A DNA stretch of 52,376 bases from Psammoneis japonica (Eukaryota). Positions within the stretch are counted from its first letter, which is position 1, and every line of letters starts with the position of its first letter. Both the position numbers and the translations under genes were made by a program. This document shows positions 22,640-34,949 of this stretch, one piece after another. Location: the NCBI GenBank assembly GCA_008632985.1, contig QPGO01000012.1, positions 806,001 to 858,376 of the forward strand, given 5' to 3'. The notes beneath the pieces were generated by a model. It did not search any database, was not told the origin of the DNA, and saw only the letters and a program-made list of their open reading frames with translations.

Positions 22640-24805
22640 ATCCCTCTCCGAAAGAATTGCACTGGCTTTGGCGGTTTTCTTTTTCTTGTTTCGCGCCATC
22701 TGCTCAGCGCTCTCTGCCCGCTTGTTCTTCCGCTTCTCTCTCTTGCTTTTTGCAAAATGCGGTTGAGGATGTCGTCTCCAGGATGAGGGCACATCTCGTC
22801 TTGGTCTGCCTCATCAAGAAGTGGCTGATGCTTGGCACAAAGCTCGACCTTCTTTACATCCTTGACACCTGGAGGTGTCAAGGCACGTGGTTGTGATGTT
22901 TGCAACTTCTGTTTTCGTTGCTCGCTCGATTCTGTCTTCCACTTCTTGAGATCCTCGCTGACTTCAGGCTCGCCGTCAGCTGCCTTCATTGTTGCTGCCG
23001 CAGGTTCCGAAGAATCTGTCACTTCAAAGCAGCAGCACTTCGTAACTGCACTGTGCTTCTTGCGGTGTTGGTCAAAGTGCGCTCCACACCCCACAAAATC
23101 CTCCTCCGTCGCTTCAATGACCTGAACGCATTCGGAGGTGTCCAAAGCTGTCAAGAGTTTGCAGAACGTGCCAATGTTCTTGTCATGGCAAGTTTGCTTG
23201 AGGCTGTTGAAGAGCCTGTCACAGGCATTCTTGGTGTGCCCTTTTGTCAAAAAAATGATGCTCACTTCTTTGAAATGTCCTTGTTCCACCAGGCATGAAG
23301 CAAGTCTCACCAATGCCATGTTGTTTTTTTTTTGCCCGATGCAGTTGTCAAAAATCAATGCGAGCTTTCTGCCTGGACCCTTGCTGACATCCAACAATCC
23401 ACCATCATGCAAGTGCTTCATCACAAGGGAAGCAACATTGTCACCTCCCTTTTGTCCAGCACCCTCATGGCAGACGCGCGCATGCAAAAAATCCTTGAAC
23501 TCATCTTCCGTCACCATCGCAACTTTTTTCCCTGCATGATCGGCAACCCCAAACATGTTGATCGTCAAAGGAGAGAAGCAGCACGTCTCCCCTGGCTGAT
23601 CCGCCCCAAAGTGTGGAAGCCCGCCATTTTGACAATGGCCACCAATCCTCACGCAAGTTTGCTTGCCGTGTGCCTTGTCGGCTTTTGCGTGTTCTGTCGC
23701 TTCCAAAACATGCTGTTGCACGAGCGTCCGTTGCTTTCGAGCCCACTTGACGTACTTTGCAGCATGCAATGTTTCATTTTCCTGTTCTTTGATCTCTTTC
23801 ATTCTCACCTCTGCATCTGCTCCATCTTCTTCACCATCATCGCTTTCCTCCTCCTCGTCATCGTCGCTCTCACCCCCATCTTTTCTTTCATCGCTTTCAT
23901 CCTGAAGCTGTTTGCCAACTTGTGGCATTTGTCGCAGATGTCACGAGTGGGCCTTCTCATGACCATTTCAGGACAGCTCTTTTTCCAGAACTTGCAAAAT
24001 TGTGCCCAGGAGCACATTGGTTGCTGCTCTTCTCCTTCAACTGGTTCCGCCTTGAGAAACTTTCCTTTGTGGTTCGATTTGAGGGTCCAACCATTTTCTT
24101 GTCCGTGTCGTTTGTGTGATCCACGCTTTTTCACGTTGGGAGGCAAGTCATGTGTGTCTTCATCACTCAAGCCAAAACCTGTCTCTTCTCTAACCAGTCT
24201 CGTTGCACGTGGTTCAGAAAGTTCCTTTATGTCGTCAAAATGTGCGTGAAGCGCTGCATGCATTTTGGGTGCAAGCGTCTTGTTCGCGTTCTGCCCAGTC
24301 TTCCCTTTGAGACCGTGTTTCGGAAAGACGTTGCTCTTTGCACTTGACTTCGCAGTTCTCCAGAACTTTCTCCCTTTGCCTGGCAATGCAAGGAGGGCAC
24401 TGCAGCAGACCAGATGATCATCCGGCAGCATCCCCTCCTCCTCCTCGTCATCGTCAGCGTCAGTTTTCAACAGCGGCAAAACAAAGCAGCGACAATCACC
24501 CTTGCATGCATGCTTCTGAACAAAAGCAGAGTGTTTGATCCAGGATGTAAAAGCAGCACGCGTTTCTGTGCATCCCAGTCTTTCAAAGTGCACAAGGCAG
24601 TTGCTCAGCATTTTCACGACGGAGCTGTCGTTGTTCTCCAACATTGCTCTTGGCTTCTGCAGACACTGACATTTCGCAGGTTTGCAGTCACTTGGATGCA
24701 GTGTTCATGGAAAATGGGAGACTCTGTGGGGTTGGAAAGCCAATCGTAGAACTTTTCTGCAGCCTCATTGTCCTTGACGTCTTTGGTTGGTTTCGGCCGC
24801 GCCAT
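22640..24805 (-). pseudogene. Sola1-like DDD transposase, frameshifted
   Basis: QNGGLPHFGADQPGETCCFSPL..FGV, LIFDNCIGQKKNN, FLTKGHTKNACDRLF, DICDKC, spread over ORFs 24614..24805, 23805..24644 and 22579..23928. Element termini not found. Confidence 0.8.
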
Positions 24806-25162
24806 TTTTTTGTGACTCTTTTACTTTGCTCTTGTTGCCACCACCAAGAGTTTTTCAAATTCGAACCCTGTTTTAAGCACTTCACAGTTTGCACAACATC
24901 ACACACACTCAACAACCACATGTCATTGTGTGACTTGCGCACGTGACTTTCTTGGCATGTCATTTCGCGCAACATCTCAACGGTCAAAACACTCACAGTG
25001 AACCATTCAAGCCGTTAATTTAGTTTGTGGATGACAAAATGTCATGGAAGCATTGCCAGCTGTTGACACATGCATCGCTCAAAAGCTGAGATCAAGAGCT
25101 TTCGTTCGGCATCCATGCCTCAAAATCGACCACACGAGCCATTTTGAGCTCCGTCAGCACCT

Positions 25163-26167
25163 TTGTGTTGCGAAGGGCAGGACACAAAAACCACCGAGAC
25201 GCAGGATCGGATGATGCCTCTTGACGTTGTTGCAGGGCTTGCAGCCCTTGACGCTGGTCTCAGATCCATTGATGAAGCCTCAAAAACGGCACAAGGCTTG
25301 TCACAATGGCTCGAAGAGAACAGAAACAGCAACCCCGGAAGATTTTACTGCCGAGCAAAGGATTGCTTGAAAGAACGCGGTGTCCTTGGTGTGGAGGCCG
25401 CCCTCCAAACACCCTTGAGTGGTGAAGCCCCCCAAAGCGCGAAATCCCCCAATGTTTGGAAATTGATTGATCTTTTCGGTGAGAATGATCAAGGTGACGC
25501 GTGCCCCTCTGGTGTCGTCCATGTGTTGTGCGACAAGAGTGGGAATGGAAAAAGTCATGCCGGGTGGGCTCTGTTGCAGGAATGTTTCGACCTTGGCAAC
25601 AACGTAACCAGGGAATCATGTTTTCAGGAGATGCGATGAAAAAAAACTTGCCAGAAGCATTGTGTTCAGAGCTTGGAGGATCGTTGGTCAATGGGTGGGT
25701 CGACCTGTTGCTCCATGCAATGGACCAACAACCGCGGGCCACATCATTTCCTTCCATTTTGATTTTGGACGGCTTCAATTCAGCGGGAGAAAATGAAGTC
25801 AATGTCGAGTTTATCAGGGCATTGCATGAACGCATGCAGGCACAAAAGAGTGCATTTGTTGTGGTTCTTGCTCAAGACAAAACGATTGCTCAGGAACTCT
25901 TCAATGCCAATGGTGGGGCAAGAATCGTCCCTCTTCCGGGTTCGATGGAAGGGACAACAGATCAACCGAGTTGGAAAGAAGAAAAGTGGACAGTTGAGGA
26001 ACTCGTTGAACTCATTCACTGCAAAGAGCCAGGGGCACACACGGATGATCAAATGCGAGAGTTTGTTTCTCCCAACATGACACCCAGATGTAAATGAGAA
26101 GCTGTCGGGAAAGCGAACCCGCAAGAAACCCGACAGTCCTCGAAAGAAGCGGGCAACTGCAAACTAG
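25163..26167 (+). pseudogene. P-loop NTPase pseudogene
   Basis: VHVLCDKSGNGKSH (Walker A-like) and SILILDGFN (Walker B-like) lie in different frames; basic C-terminus; TA-depleted. Confidence 0.6.
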
Positions 26168-26971
26168 AAACAAGGTTTGACATCAAATTGCTCTACGACG
26201 CGTTCTTTCATGAAGGCTGTGCATGTGTTTTTGTTGTTTGCATGGCCATTGCTTCGTGGTGGTGGGTGTTGTGCCCAGACACTCAGTCAGACAAGTTCAC
26301 TAAAAACAACTGCTGACAAAAGAGAAAGAAATCGATGAGCGCATCGGATCCATCCCAATGCTCATTCATGCCAGTCGACGCCAACCATCAATGTCTGCAG
26401 CCGATTGGCCTCATCTCTAGTGGGATGGAATTGCTTCCGTCAAAAGGACATGGCAGAACACACAGGCCAAAACACAGGCCAGACCCATGTCTCATCAAAC
26501 TGTGTGAATCCAACAAAGCAACGGAGAAAGACAAAGAAGACTGCGATGACAGTCTGGATGGCCTTGACAATGATCCAGACCATGAAGAGGGCAATGACGA
26601 TGACAAGGAGTGAGGATGAGTGAAGTGCCATTGCAGACCAGTTGTTGTTGGAAGTCAGGCAATGCAGTTGGCCATCTGTTGAAATGAATCTTTTGAGTTG
26701 GGAGTTGGGCCAGCGCACAATGGAATTGGGGGGAATTGGGGGGAAACAGGGGGAAACAGAAGTCAGGCTGGCGTGTCCATCCCCTCGAGGGCTGGAGATG
26801 CTGATGCAGAAGATGGGGGTGTCCATCGTTTGGCTTGGGCAACAAACCACCCCGAGGGGCTCTGGGTTTTTCGACCTGAGAGCGGCTCTGGGATTTTTTA
26901 AAAAAGTCCATTTCTGCCAGTCTGGCTTGCAAATGCAGAGCAAAACTGACAAAATTGTGATGACCAAATGA

Positions 26972-28250
26972 GCCAGCCTCACTCTTGCAAACATTTCTGA
27001 GATCGAAACTGGCTCAAAATGGAAGCACAAAAATGCCAGCCTCACTCTGAGTTGTTTTTGTAAGACCAATGCTGGCAAAAATGTGCAAACCTTTGCCCCA
27101 GCCTGGCTCTTGCAAAAAATGTCAAGAGTGACTCTGGGTCATCAGGACCACAAAATTCTCCCAGCCCACAGCTGGTGAAACAATCCAAGAGCCACACTGG
27201 GAAATTGGAGACGATCCAATTCCCAGCCCATCTCTCATGAATGTTTGTGAGAGCCACAGACGACGTGTTCCAGCCGCACGTGAACCAAATCGTGCACAAA
27301 AACGACATTTGCGCGATTTTTGCGCGGTCCCTAACTTACGATCGAACTTTCACCACCAAAAGTATAGATTTACACAAATATAAATGTTTTGCAACACTAA
27401 CAAGACTCGTGTGAGTGTTGCAATATCATTGTTATTGTGCTATATATGTTTTTCATTGCGTTAAAAGATTCGTAACACAACGGATGATTTTCGGCGAAAA
27501 TATTGCCGTTATTTGGATGTTACCTAAACACATCTTTCTACGATGCTATTTGGTAGGTTTTCTACCTACAAAGAAATCTCAGTATAAATCTACTGACGTA
27601 CAATCAGTATTGAGTCTACTGAGGAAGTTTATGATACATATCCCATGAGGACTTGAATACCCCACAAAAAACTGTTTAAATGTTCACACTCTAGACGCCT
27701 ATAAAAGCCAATCCGCTTAAGTATTTTATATGAAAATGCTCCATACACTAAAAGATACATAATTTATATTCAAAATCAATAGGAATCTTTCGAAAATGAC
27801 CCGTGACGTAAAAAGCATAAAATAATTATGGACGCCTGTAGAATCTACACGTTTTTGTACTGAAACTGATATGTTCACACAATTTGTGCAAAAATAGACT
27901 TGACTGTTGTCGGGTCAGGCGCATTTTTGCAAATGTTGTATTGAAGAAAAATACGCCTGATCAGAACAGTCAAGTCCATTTTTCGCAAAGTTAAAATTCA
28001 CTAAGGACAGACAAACAGACTTTTCAATAATTATCTTGGTGCTGTTCTACACATTTCTACGTAAATGACTCTACAGCGCGAAAGATTGCCATTGGATTGT
28101 CGTTTTGTGCGTCACCTGGGACTGGAACACGTCAGACTGGGACATTCAGTGAGCGCGAAAATCCCAGCCTCACTCTCAGTCAAATTTGTGAGAGCCAGTC
28201 TGGGAACCCAATGATCCAGCCCAGCTCTTGTTTGTTTTGCCAAGAGCCAG
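26972..28250. repeat. Array of ~42-bp palindromic units with ~20-bp variable spacers (period 62-63 bp), interrupted by 27262-28133
   Basis: Units at 26972, 27035, 27097, 27160, 27222 and 28163, consensus SCCAG-N5-CTCTYR-N10-YRAGAG-N5-CTGGS. Confidence 0.75.
27262..28133. mobile_element. 872-bp non-autonomous TIR element (GACGTGTTCCAG), TSD AGAC, AT-rich, TA intact
   Basis: Perfect 12-bp TIRs one base different from the MITE TIR; AGAC duplicated. Confidence 0.9.
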
Positions 28251-29623
28251 GGCGGCTGAGTTTGTGTGTCAGTTCGGAGTGTGCATTGACTGTCATGCCT
28301 GAGATCCTCTCAAAGAGGTGGAGCACAGGCTTGGTGGCCACGAAAAATGCACTTGGAGCCACTGCTTGGGCCGGGGTTTGCAATTTGTGCACCCCATCCA
28401 AACGGAAGACTCAGAAGAAGGCCCCGTGGCTCAAGCTCCCTGCTGTGAAGGGACGCTTCTACTCAGACCAAATGTTTTTGAAGGTGAAGTTGACGCACGG
28501 CAAGACTGGAGGCAGTGTTTTTACTGACGGCAGAGGCTGCGATCAGCTCCATCCTTGGAAAAGGAAGCAGGACCATCCTGATGCCATCATGTCGTTCACA
28601 CATGATGTTGGTGTGCCTCAATCCCTGGTGTCTGATGGTGCACCCCAAATGACTGACGGTCACACCAAAGACATTTTTGCAAGGAATGCAGGATGCACCA
28701 GGAGGTGACTGTGCCTTGCAGCCCTTGGCAGAATCTAGCTGAGTCCTCCATCCATGAGATTGGGAGGAGAGTCTGAATGACTCTACACTGGACAGGTGCA
28801 CCACAACGTCTTTGGTCCCATGCTGTGACCTGGGTGTTTGCTGTTTGATGTTCAGTTGCCAGCAACATGTCGGACATGGAGGGACAAGTCCTGGAGGAGG
28901 AGATCACGGGTTCAATGCCCAACATGTCTGCTCTCTCTCTCTTTTCAATTGGCATCAACCTGCACATTGCCACATGCCTGTGGCGGATTTTACATGCAAG
29001 AAGAAGCACATCGGACGCTGGATTGGCATTGCAGAGAATTGCACAGACGAAATGGCTTTTGTCATTTTGCCTGAATCTGGCATGCCCATCATTTGGAAGG
29101 ATGCATGGGGAACACCCGAGGATGACCTCAAGACTCCAGCCATTGAAGCGGCTCTTGTTGAAGTGGACCAGGCCCTTGTTGAGAGGCCAGGCGACCCAAA
29201 AGGGGATGCTGAGACGAATTTCCCAGCAACTCTGGATGATTTGTTGGGCAATGACTTAGACGACCCAGTGGAGCCGGTGGAACTGGGCTCTGCTCAGGAC
29301 GAAGCAGCCGATTGTGCCCCGGAGGGGTTGGATGAATGTCTTGCCGCTGACGTCATGCTGCCACGAGGCAGAAAATTGACTCATGCCAGGGTTGTTGCTT
29401 GCAAACGTGACAGTGATGGTGTTCCTGTGGGTGAAAGGAGCAACAATCCTGTTCTCAACACTGGAGTCATGTGTGACGTGGAATTTCCGGGTGGATCCAC
29501 TGCATTGCACACCACCAGCGTCGTCGATGAGAACCTGTTCTCACGGATTGACTCTGAAGAAGGCAACGCCCATCAGATCATGAAGGAGATTGTCAATCAC
29601 CAAAGCAATGCCCACGCTGTCAA

Positions 29624-30013
29624 GACGCGTTCCAGGTCTAGGTGGGACCTCGCACTGCTGAACTGTGACATCGACAGTTTTTTGAATCACGTCGTATGTC
29701 GCGCACGTGGATTTCTACGTGATTTTTTTGACATTTTGTGTCATTTTACGGCACACTCATTGAGCGATCCGTCCAACAACTTTTGACATTTTTTGTTACA
29801 GCGCGATTCTACAATGTCTTAAGAATCGCGCAGGGCAGGTGCATTTGCAAAAACGTCGAGTGGTGAGAGGCACAATTGCACCACAAACTTGGCCGTTTGT
29901 TTGATGTTAAAGACAAATGTGTCCATTGATTAAATTCTCGTACTGCGGAGCTCGCACGTAGAATTCTACGGGCCCAATGTCACACGGAGTCCCACCTGGG
30001 GCTGGAACGCGTC
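29624..30013 (-). mobile_element. MITE (second subfamily) inserted in the copia, TSD TCAA
   Basis: Perfect TIRs, TCAA duplicated; inverted copy of 22205-22596. Confidence 0.93.
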
Positions 30014-30631
30014 TCAAGGCTGATGATGGGCTCATGACATCTGATGCTGGAAGGCGAGTCACCAGGATGACCACCGCTGGTTGGCCCCTGCAAGTCAAGT
30101 GGAAGGATGGCTCCACGTCATGGGTTCCTCTCAAGGATTTGAAGGAATCCAATCCAGTTGAGGTTGCTGAATGTGCTGCAGCAAATGAGATTTCCAGCAA
30201 ACCAGCTTTCAATTGGTGGGTCTGAGACGTCTTGCGTTGAAGGGCCAGAATCTTGAAAAAGGTCAAGTCGAGTCACTGGAAACGTGTGCACAAGTTCAGA
30301 ATTGAGCCACCCAAGTCTGTCAAGGAAGCTCCAGAAATGGATGACAGAATGGGGACTGACTTTTGGTTCAAAGCTGTTGAAAAGGAAATGAGGAACGTCG
30401 TGCCTGTGTTCAAGTTCCGAGACAATGACACTGCACCAGTCGGGTGCAAGCATCATGTTGATTGTCATGTGGTTTTTGACATCAAGAGCACTCTCCAATG
30501 TAAAGTGAGATTCGTGGCCGGAGGCCATCAAACTGACCCACCCAAGGAATCAACTCATTCCAGCATGGTTTCGCGTGATGGCATGCGTGTTGCTTTCACT
30601 GTCACTGCCATCAATGACCTGGAGGTCTTGA

Positions 30632-31131
30632 GGATGGATCTGCATGCTGCAGTCTGTTTTTTGGAAGTTCGCATTTTTTGTTAAAGTGCCCCAGACACAT
30701 TGCAGCAAATGCTCATGCGTTTGCAAAAAATGTTTTCAGAGACAGGTCAAACTTTGTCCATTCGCGAGACATCATGGAATGCTCAAATGACACACATGGC
30801 CATGCAGGACTTTTACCTTGTCGACTGCAGATGTGTCCACAGCTGGTCAAATGCCACTTGTCGGCATTTCCCGGAAAGTTGCGGCGAATCTCCCATGAGA
30901 AGCCCAATTTCAGTGAAAATCAGCGGTTTTTCCAACCTGACAACAGGGCATTGGCCGACAAGTGGCATTTGAAGTGATGAATGTGAAGCTCTCACAGGCA
31001 TTTGACAGCCCTTGTGAGGGTTTGACGAGTGGACAAGTGTTTGGGGGTGTTCCGAGACAGGTCAAAATGACGCGGTGAAGTGTGGGAAATGCGAGCCATT
31101 TTAAATTAGACCACAGCACGTAGATCCATCC
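30632..31131. mobile_element. 500-bp non-autonomous TIR element (GG...CC ends, TSD TTGA), Kolobok-like
   Basis: 24-bp imperfect TIRs GGATGGATCTGCATGCTGCAGTCT / AGACCACAGCACGTAGATCCATCC. Removing it restores copia RT NDLEVL-SADAQN. Confidence 0.85.
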
Positions 31132-32937
31132 TTGAGTGCTGATGCTCAGAACACTCATCTGAATGCTCACACTGAGGAGAAGTGTTGTGCTGCTGCTGGA
31201 CTGGAGTTTGGCAAGCAGCGTCAAGGCAGGCCTGTCATTGTGGTCCGTGCTTTGTGTGGTCTCAAATTGTCAGGTGCACAACTCAGAGAGAACACATGGC
31301 TGCTGCTTTGTGTGACGCTGGTTTTGAGTCATGCAAGGCTGATCCTGATGTTTGGATGCAACCTGCAGTGAAGCCGGATGGCTTCAAGCATTGGGAATGC
31401 GCCCCAGTGCATGTGGACAATTTGTTGTGCATTTCACATGATCCCCAAAAGGTCATGGATTTCTTCATGGCATCCAGGCACATGCTCAAAGACAGAAGTG
31501 TCTGCGAGCCGGAAGAGCATCTGGGTGCCAAAATCAGGAAGTGCCAACTGTCTGACTCAGATGGCAAGACACATTGGGATGTGTCCTCTGACTTGCACGT
31601 CAAAAGGGTGCCAGCTGATGTAGAATGAGAGCTGGGTGGCGAGACTGACAGGCATCTGCCGATGCATGTGTTGACTCCCTCAAGCTCTGGATGCAGGCCC
31701 GAACTGGATGGCTCACCTGAGTTGAATGCCAAGATGGCAAACTGCCACCAGTGCCTTGTCAGTTTTCCTTGCTGGGTGCCTGAACTTGGGCGGATTGACA
31801 TTTTTGTTGCCGTCTCCATGATGTCCTCCCACCTGGCAGCACCGCGAGTTGGACACCTGGACAAGGTGCTCCACATCTTTGCATGCTTGAAGGCACACTC
31901 AAGGTCTTTGCTCATGTTCGATGACACTGAGCCTGCCTTTGACAAGAGTTGCTTTGTCAAGTGCAACAGGGAAGAAAGCTGCTCTGGCGTGGCTGAACCT
32001 TTGCCGCCAAACATGCCAGAGGAACGTGGGAATGGTGTCACTGCCACTTGTTTTGTGGGTGCTGATCATGCCAGATGCCATGTGATGCACAGATCCCACA
32101 CTGGGATTCTGATCTTTGTCCAATGAGCACCCATTTTGTGCTGCTCCAAATGGCAGAATGCTGTAGAGTCCTCTGCATTTGGGTTGGAGTTCATCGCGAT
32201 GAGAACTGCAGTGGAGCAGATCGAAGCCTTGCGTTGCAAGCTTCGGATGCCAGGAATCCCCATGGATGGGGCCACTGATGTCTTCTTTTAAAACAAAGCT
32301 GTCTTCAAGAACTCAACAAAACCAGAGTCTGTGTTGAAGAAGAAACACAATGCAATTGCGTGCCACAGGACTCGTGAGGCACAAGTGGCTGGAACAGCCT
32401 GCATTGCATGGGAGGACAGCCAAACGAATCTGGCAGATGTCCTGACCAAACTGTTGCCTGGACCAAAGCTCTGGGAGTTGACTGGCCACACAATGTGGTG
32501 GCTGCAATGGAGGTGGCAGGTAAAATGCCTGAGTCCCAGAGGCCACTGGATGCAACGCTGGCAATTGCGATGTCGCTGTGTTGATCCCAGAAGGGGACAA
32601 CTGAGCCAATGGGTTCACCACTTGAGGCAGTTTTGTCCCTTCCCCAAAACTCACTGTTTGACCCTGGAACAGGGCAGCATCAGGTTGCATTTGTCTTTTG
32701 TCTCAATCCAACTCTAGCCAAGCTGTTGCCAGTTTGAGGGGACTGAGCAAATGCTGACACACTGTCCTGGAATCAGGCAGTTGTTTTACGGTTGTTTGGT
32801 GGTTTGGCAATGACCCACTGTTGCTCATTCAGTGGGCCCATTTCACCAGTTAACCCTCACAATTCTAGAACCTGTTGATGCTGTTCAACACATTGTCTTG
32901 TCTGTCACCAATTCTTGGCTGTCATGGCAGGATTTAC

Positions 32938-34425
32938 TCAGTGGATCGCAACACCACAGATGCCGCATTTGTGTCCCGTTTTCTTGCCGCACACCTGACA
33001 GATGATCATGTTCCATGTGTGCTTGAAGATTGACTGAGCGTGACATGTGCACACACTCAAGTCACCACAAAGATGCGCCTTGTGGTCTGGATCACTTGCT
33101 TTTGGAGGTTTCTTTGCTTCGAGGAACTGACACATTGAGAGATCAGGTGCCGGTGGTCCCTTGCATCATCGCCATTTTTTGGGAGGTGGCATTGGTTCTG
33201 GGGCCTTGTCGGGCGAGCCGTCATTGGAACTTCCAGACATTTTTTTGTGTTGTTCAGAATTTTGCTGCGTTGCCACTCTCATGAAGGAGTTGCCAGGGCA
33301 ATGATGGTGCTTCGGATCGCAACGGAGCATCTGCGCATTCAGTTTCTCACAAAACGTGCAAAAATCAACTGGTTTTGACACATGCCAGGTGGGGTCGAGG
33401 TCTCCTTTGGCAACTTCCAAGCACATGTTGCAGGCGATGACACATGCCAGAGCTTTTGCATGGTTCATTGGCAAATGCCAATGCTCCCAGCTGTGGCAGA
33501 AAATGTGCACATTTTTTGTCATGTGGTCCATGCGGTCCACACCCCAACGCGATCCAAGTTGAGTCTTGTGGGCTTCGTTCATCTCAATCGCCCATGCTTG
33601 CTTGTGTTTTCCAATGCCGCGCTGTTTGCCTTGCATGCAAAGTTGGATGCTGTTCCACATGTTGACAGTGGAAATGTTGCACAAGGAAGTGAACTGGAAC
33701 AGCAAGTGGACTTTCGTGTGCTTGGCGTTGCCTCCTTTGGCCGGGATGGTCTTCACAGCCACAACAGGCTCAATGAAACGGGCACCCTTGGTGACTTGGT
33801 TGATGACTGTCTTTCTGTGGTGTGGAGAAACTTCTTCTTGACACCCTTGGGGAGCTGGTCATGTTGGCAAGTGCGCGTCATTGAATTTCCATGCTCACCC
33901 ATCCAGCCCATGATCTGGTCACCCAAAAAGAAGTTGTCCCACGTTTGATGCGGTTTTTGCAGAAAAATCTTCTTCACAGGTGTGTCTTCAGGGGCTGCTG
34001 GTTGTCCGATCACCATTTTGTCCAACTGTCCCATCAGCACTCAGACCTCAAGCAGCCCAGTTTGCGTCCACCCGCCTGGCTTTGGGCGCAGCTTGTGAGA
34101 GGTTGAATTTGATTGGTGTCTGTCACAATGATGATTTGACTGCCCTTGGTGATTCCAGGCTTTCTTGCAATGCAACCCATGAGTCCGCTGAAAGCTTTGC
34201 CGCAGCCGCCATGTCCTCAAGTTGTTTGTCGCCACAAACATCCAAAGCAGCGAGTTTCGTCATCACGCTCACGTTGTGGACAATCATCTTGTGAATGCAG
34301 CCACACTTGTGTGCCGGGTTGCAGTCATCCTCATCTTTCTTTGGGGACTTTTCATTGTCATTGAGCTTGTGGACACGTTTGATCTGCAACCAGCGGTGAT
34401 GGCTGATGGGTGACTCAACAGTGCA
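32938..34425 (-). pseudogene. piggyBac-like transposase, C-terminal two-thirds, decayed
   Basis: RWLQIKRVHKLNDN...CNPAHKC, TWDNFF, TCQHDQLP, GVDRMDHM...W.HW, and Cys-rich C-terminus CQVCGKKTGHKCGIC. Confidence 0.72.
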
Positions 34426-34949
34426 CACTGACCGCAAGTTGTGCACCATCAATGCCAGCCTGCAGGTGAGACCCGGAGCCCATGTTGGCATCTCAACAAT
34501 CGTTGGTCCGTTGGGCTGCTTCCAGACCTCGATCCTGGGATCGGCCCTGCTCGGCCAGCGGGCCCTTGTCAGATGACCGAGTCCTGGCCTCCCCGTCAAA
34601 GTGTCACAAGTTGTGAGGAAGAAGCTGTGATTGCGACGCTCGACATCGGGCAGCTCCACGTGCAGTGCAAGGTTTGAGATGAGGTTGTGACCCGGCGGCT
34701 TGATGCCACACACTCGTGCCTGCCGGAGACATGCTCAAGCTCACGATCTGGGCTGCTGGACTGGACAATGTCCATGCAATCTGCATTGATTGGGTTGCTC
34801 GGTGATGGTCGCCATCACAGGCGGACTTGACCAGGATGACAGAGATCTCCAAGTGGCACGGGAGCGTGGCACCCCATGGTCTGCGGCTGTTGATCAGTCA
34901 TCAGCACGCTTTGCAAATGGTCAGACAGAGAGTGTGTCACCCTCTGACC

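Larger units (their letters stand above)
28262..32900 (+). mobile_element. Ty1/copia (CoDi-type) retrotransposon, 5'-truncated: IN-RT-RH plus probable start of 3' LTR
   Basis: IN: DVGVPQSLVSDGA, PCSPWQNLAE; VKWKDGSTSWVPLKDLKESNP; RT: RFVAGGH, RALCGLK, VHVDN; RH: GADHA, LKKKHNAIACH, NLADVLTK. Purine tract GAGGGGAC then TG at 32744; LTR end not determined. Confidence 0.88.

Noticed and set aside
26972..28250. CRISPR array
   Set aside because: Repeat units are far from identical (only dyad boxes are conserved), there are no cas genes, and the context is eukaryotic.
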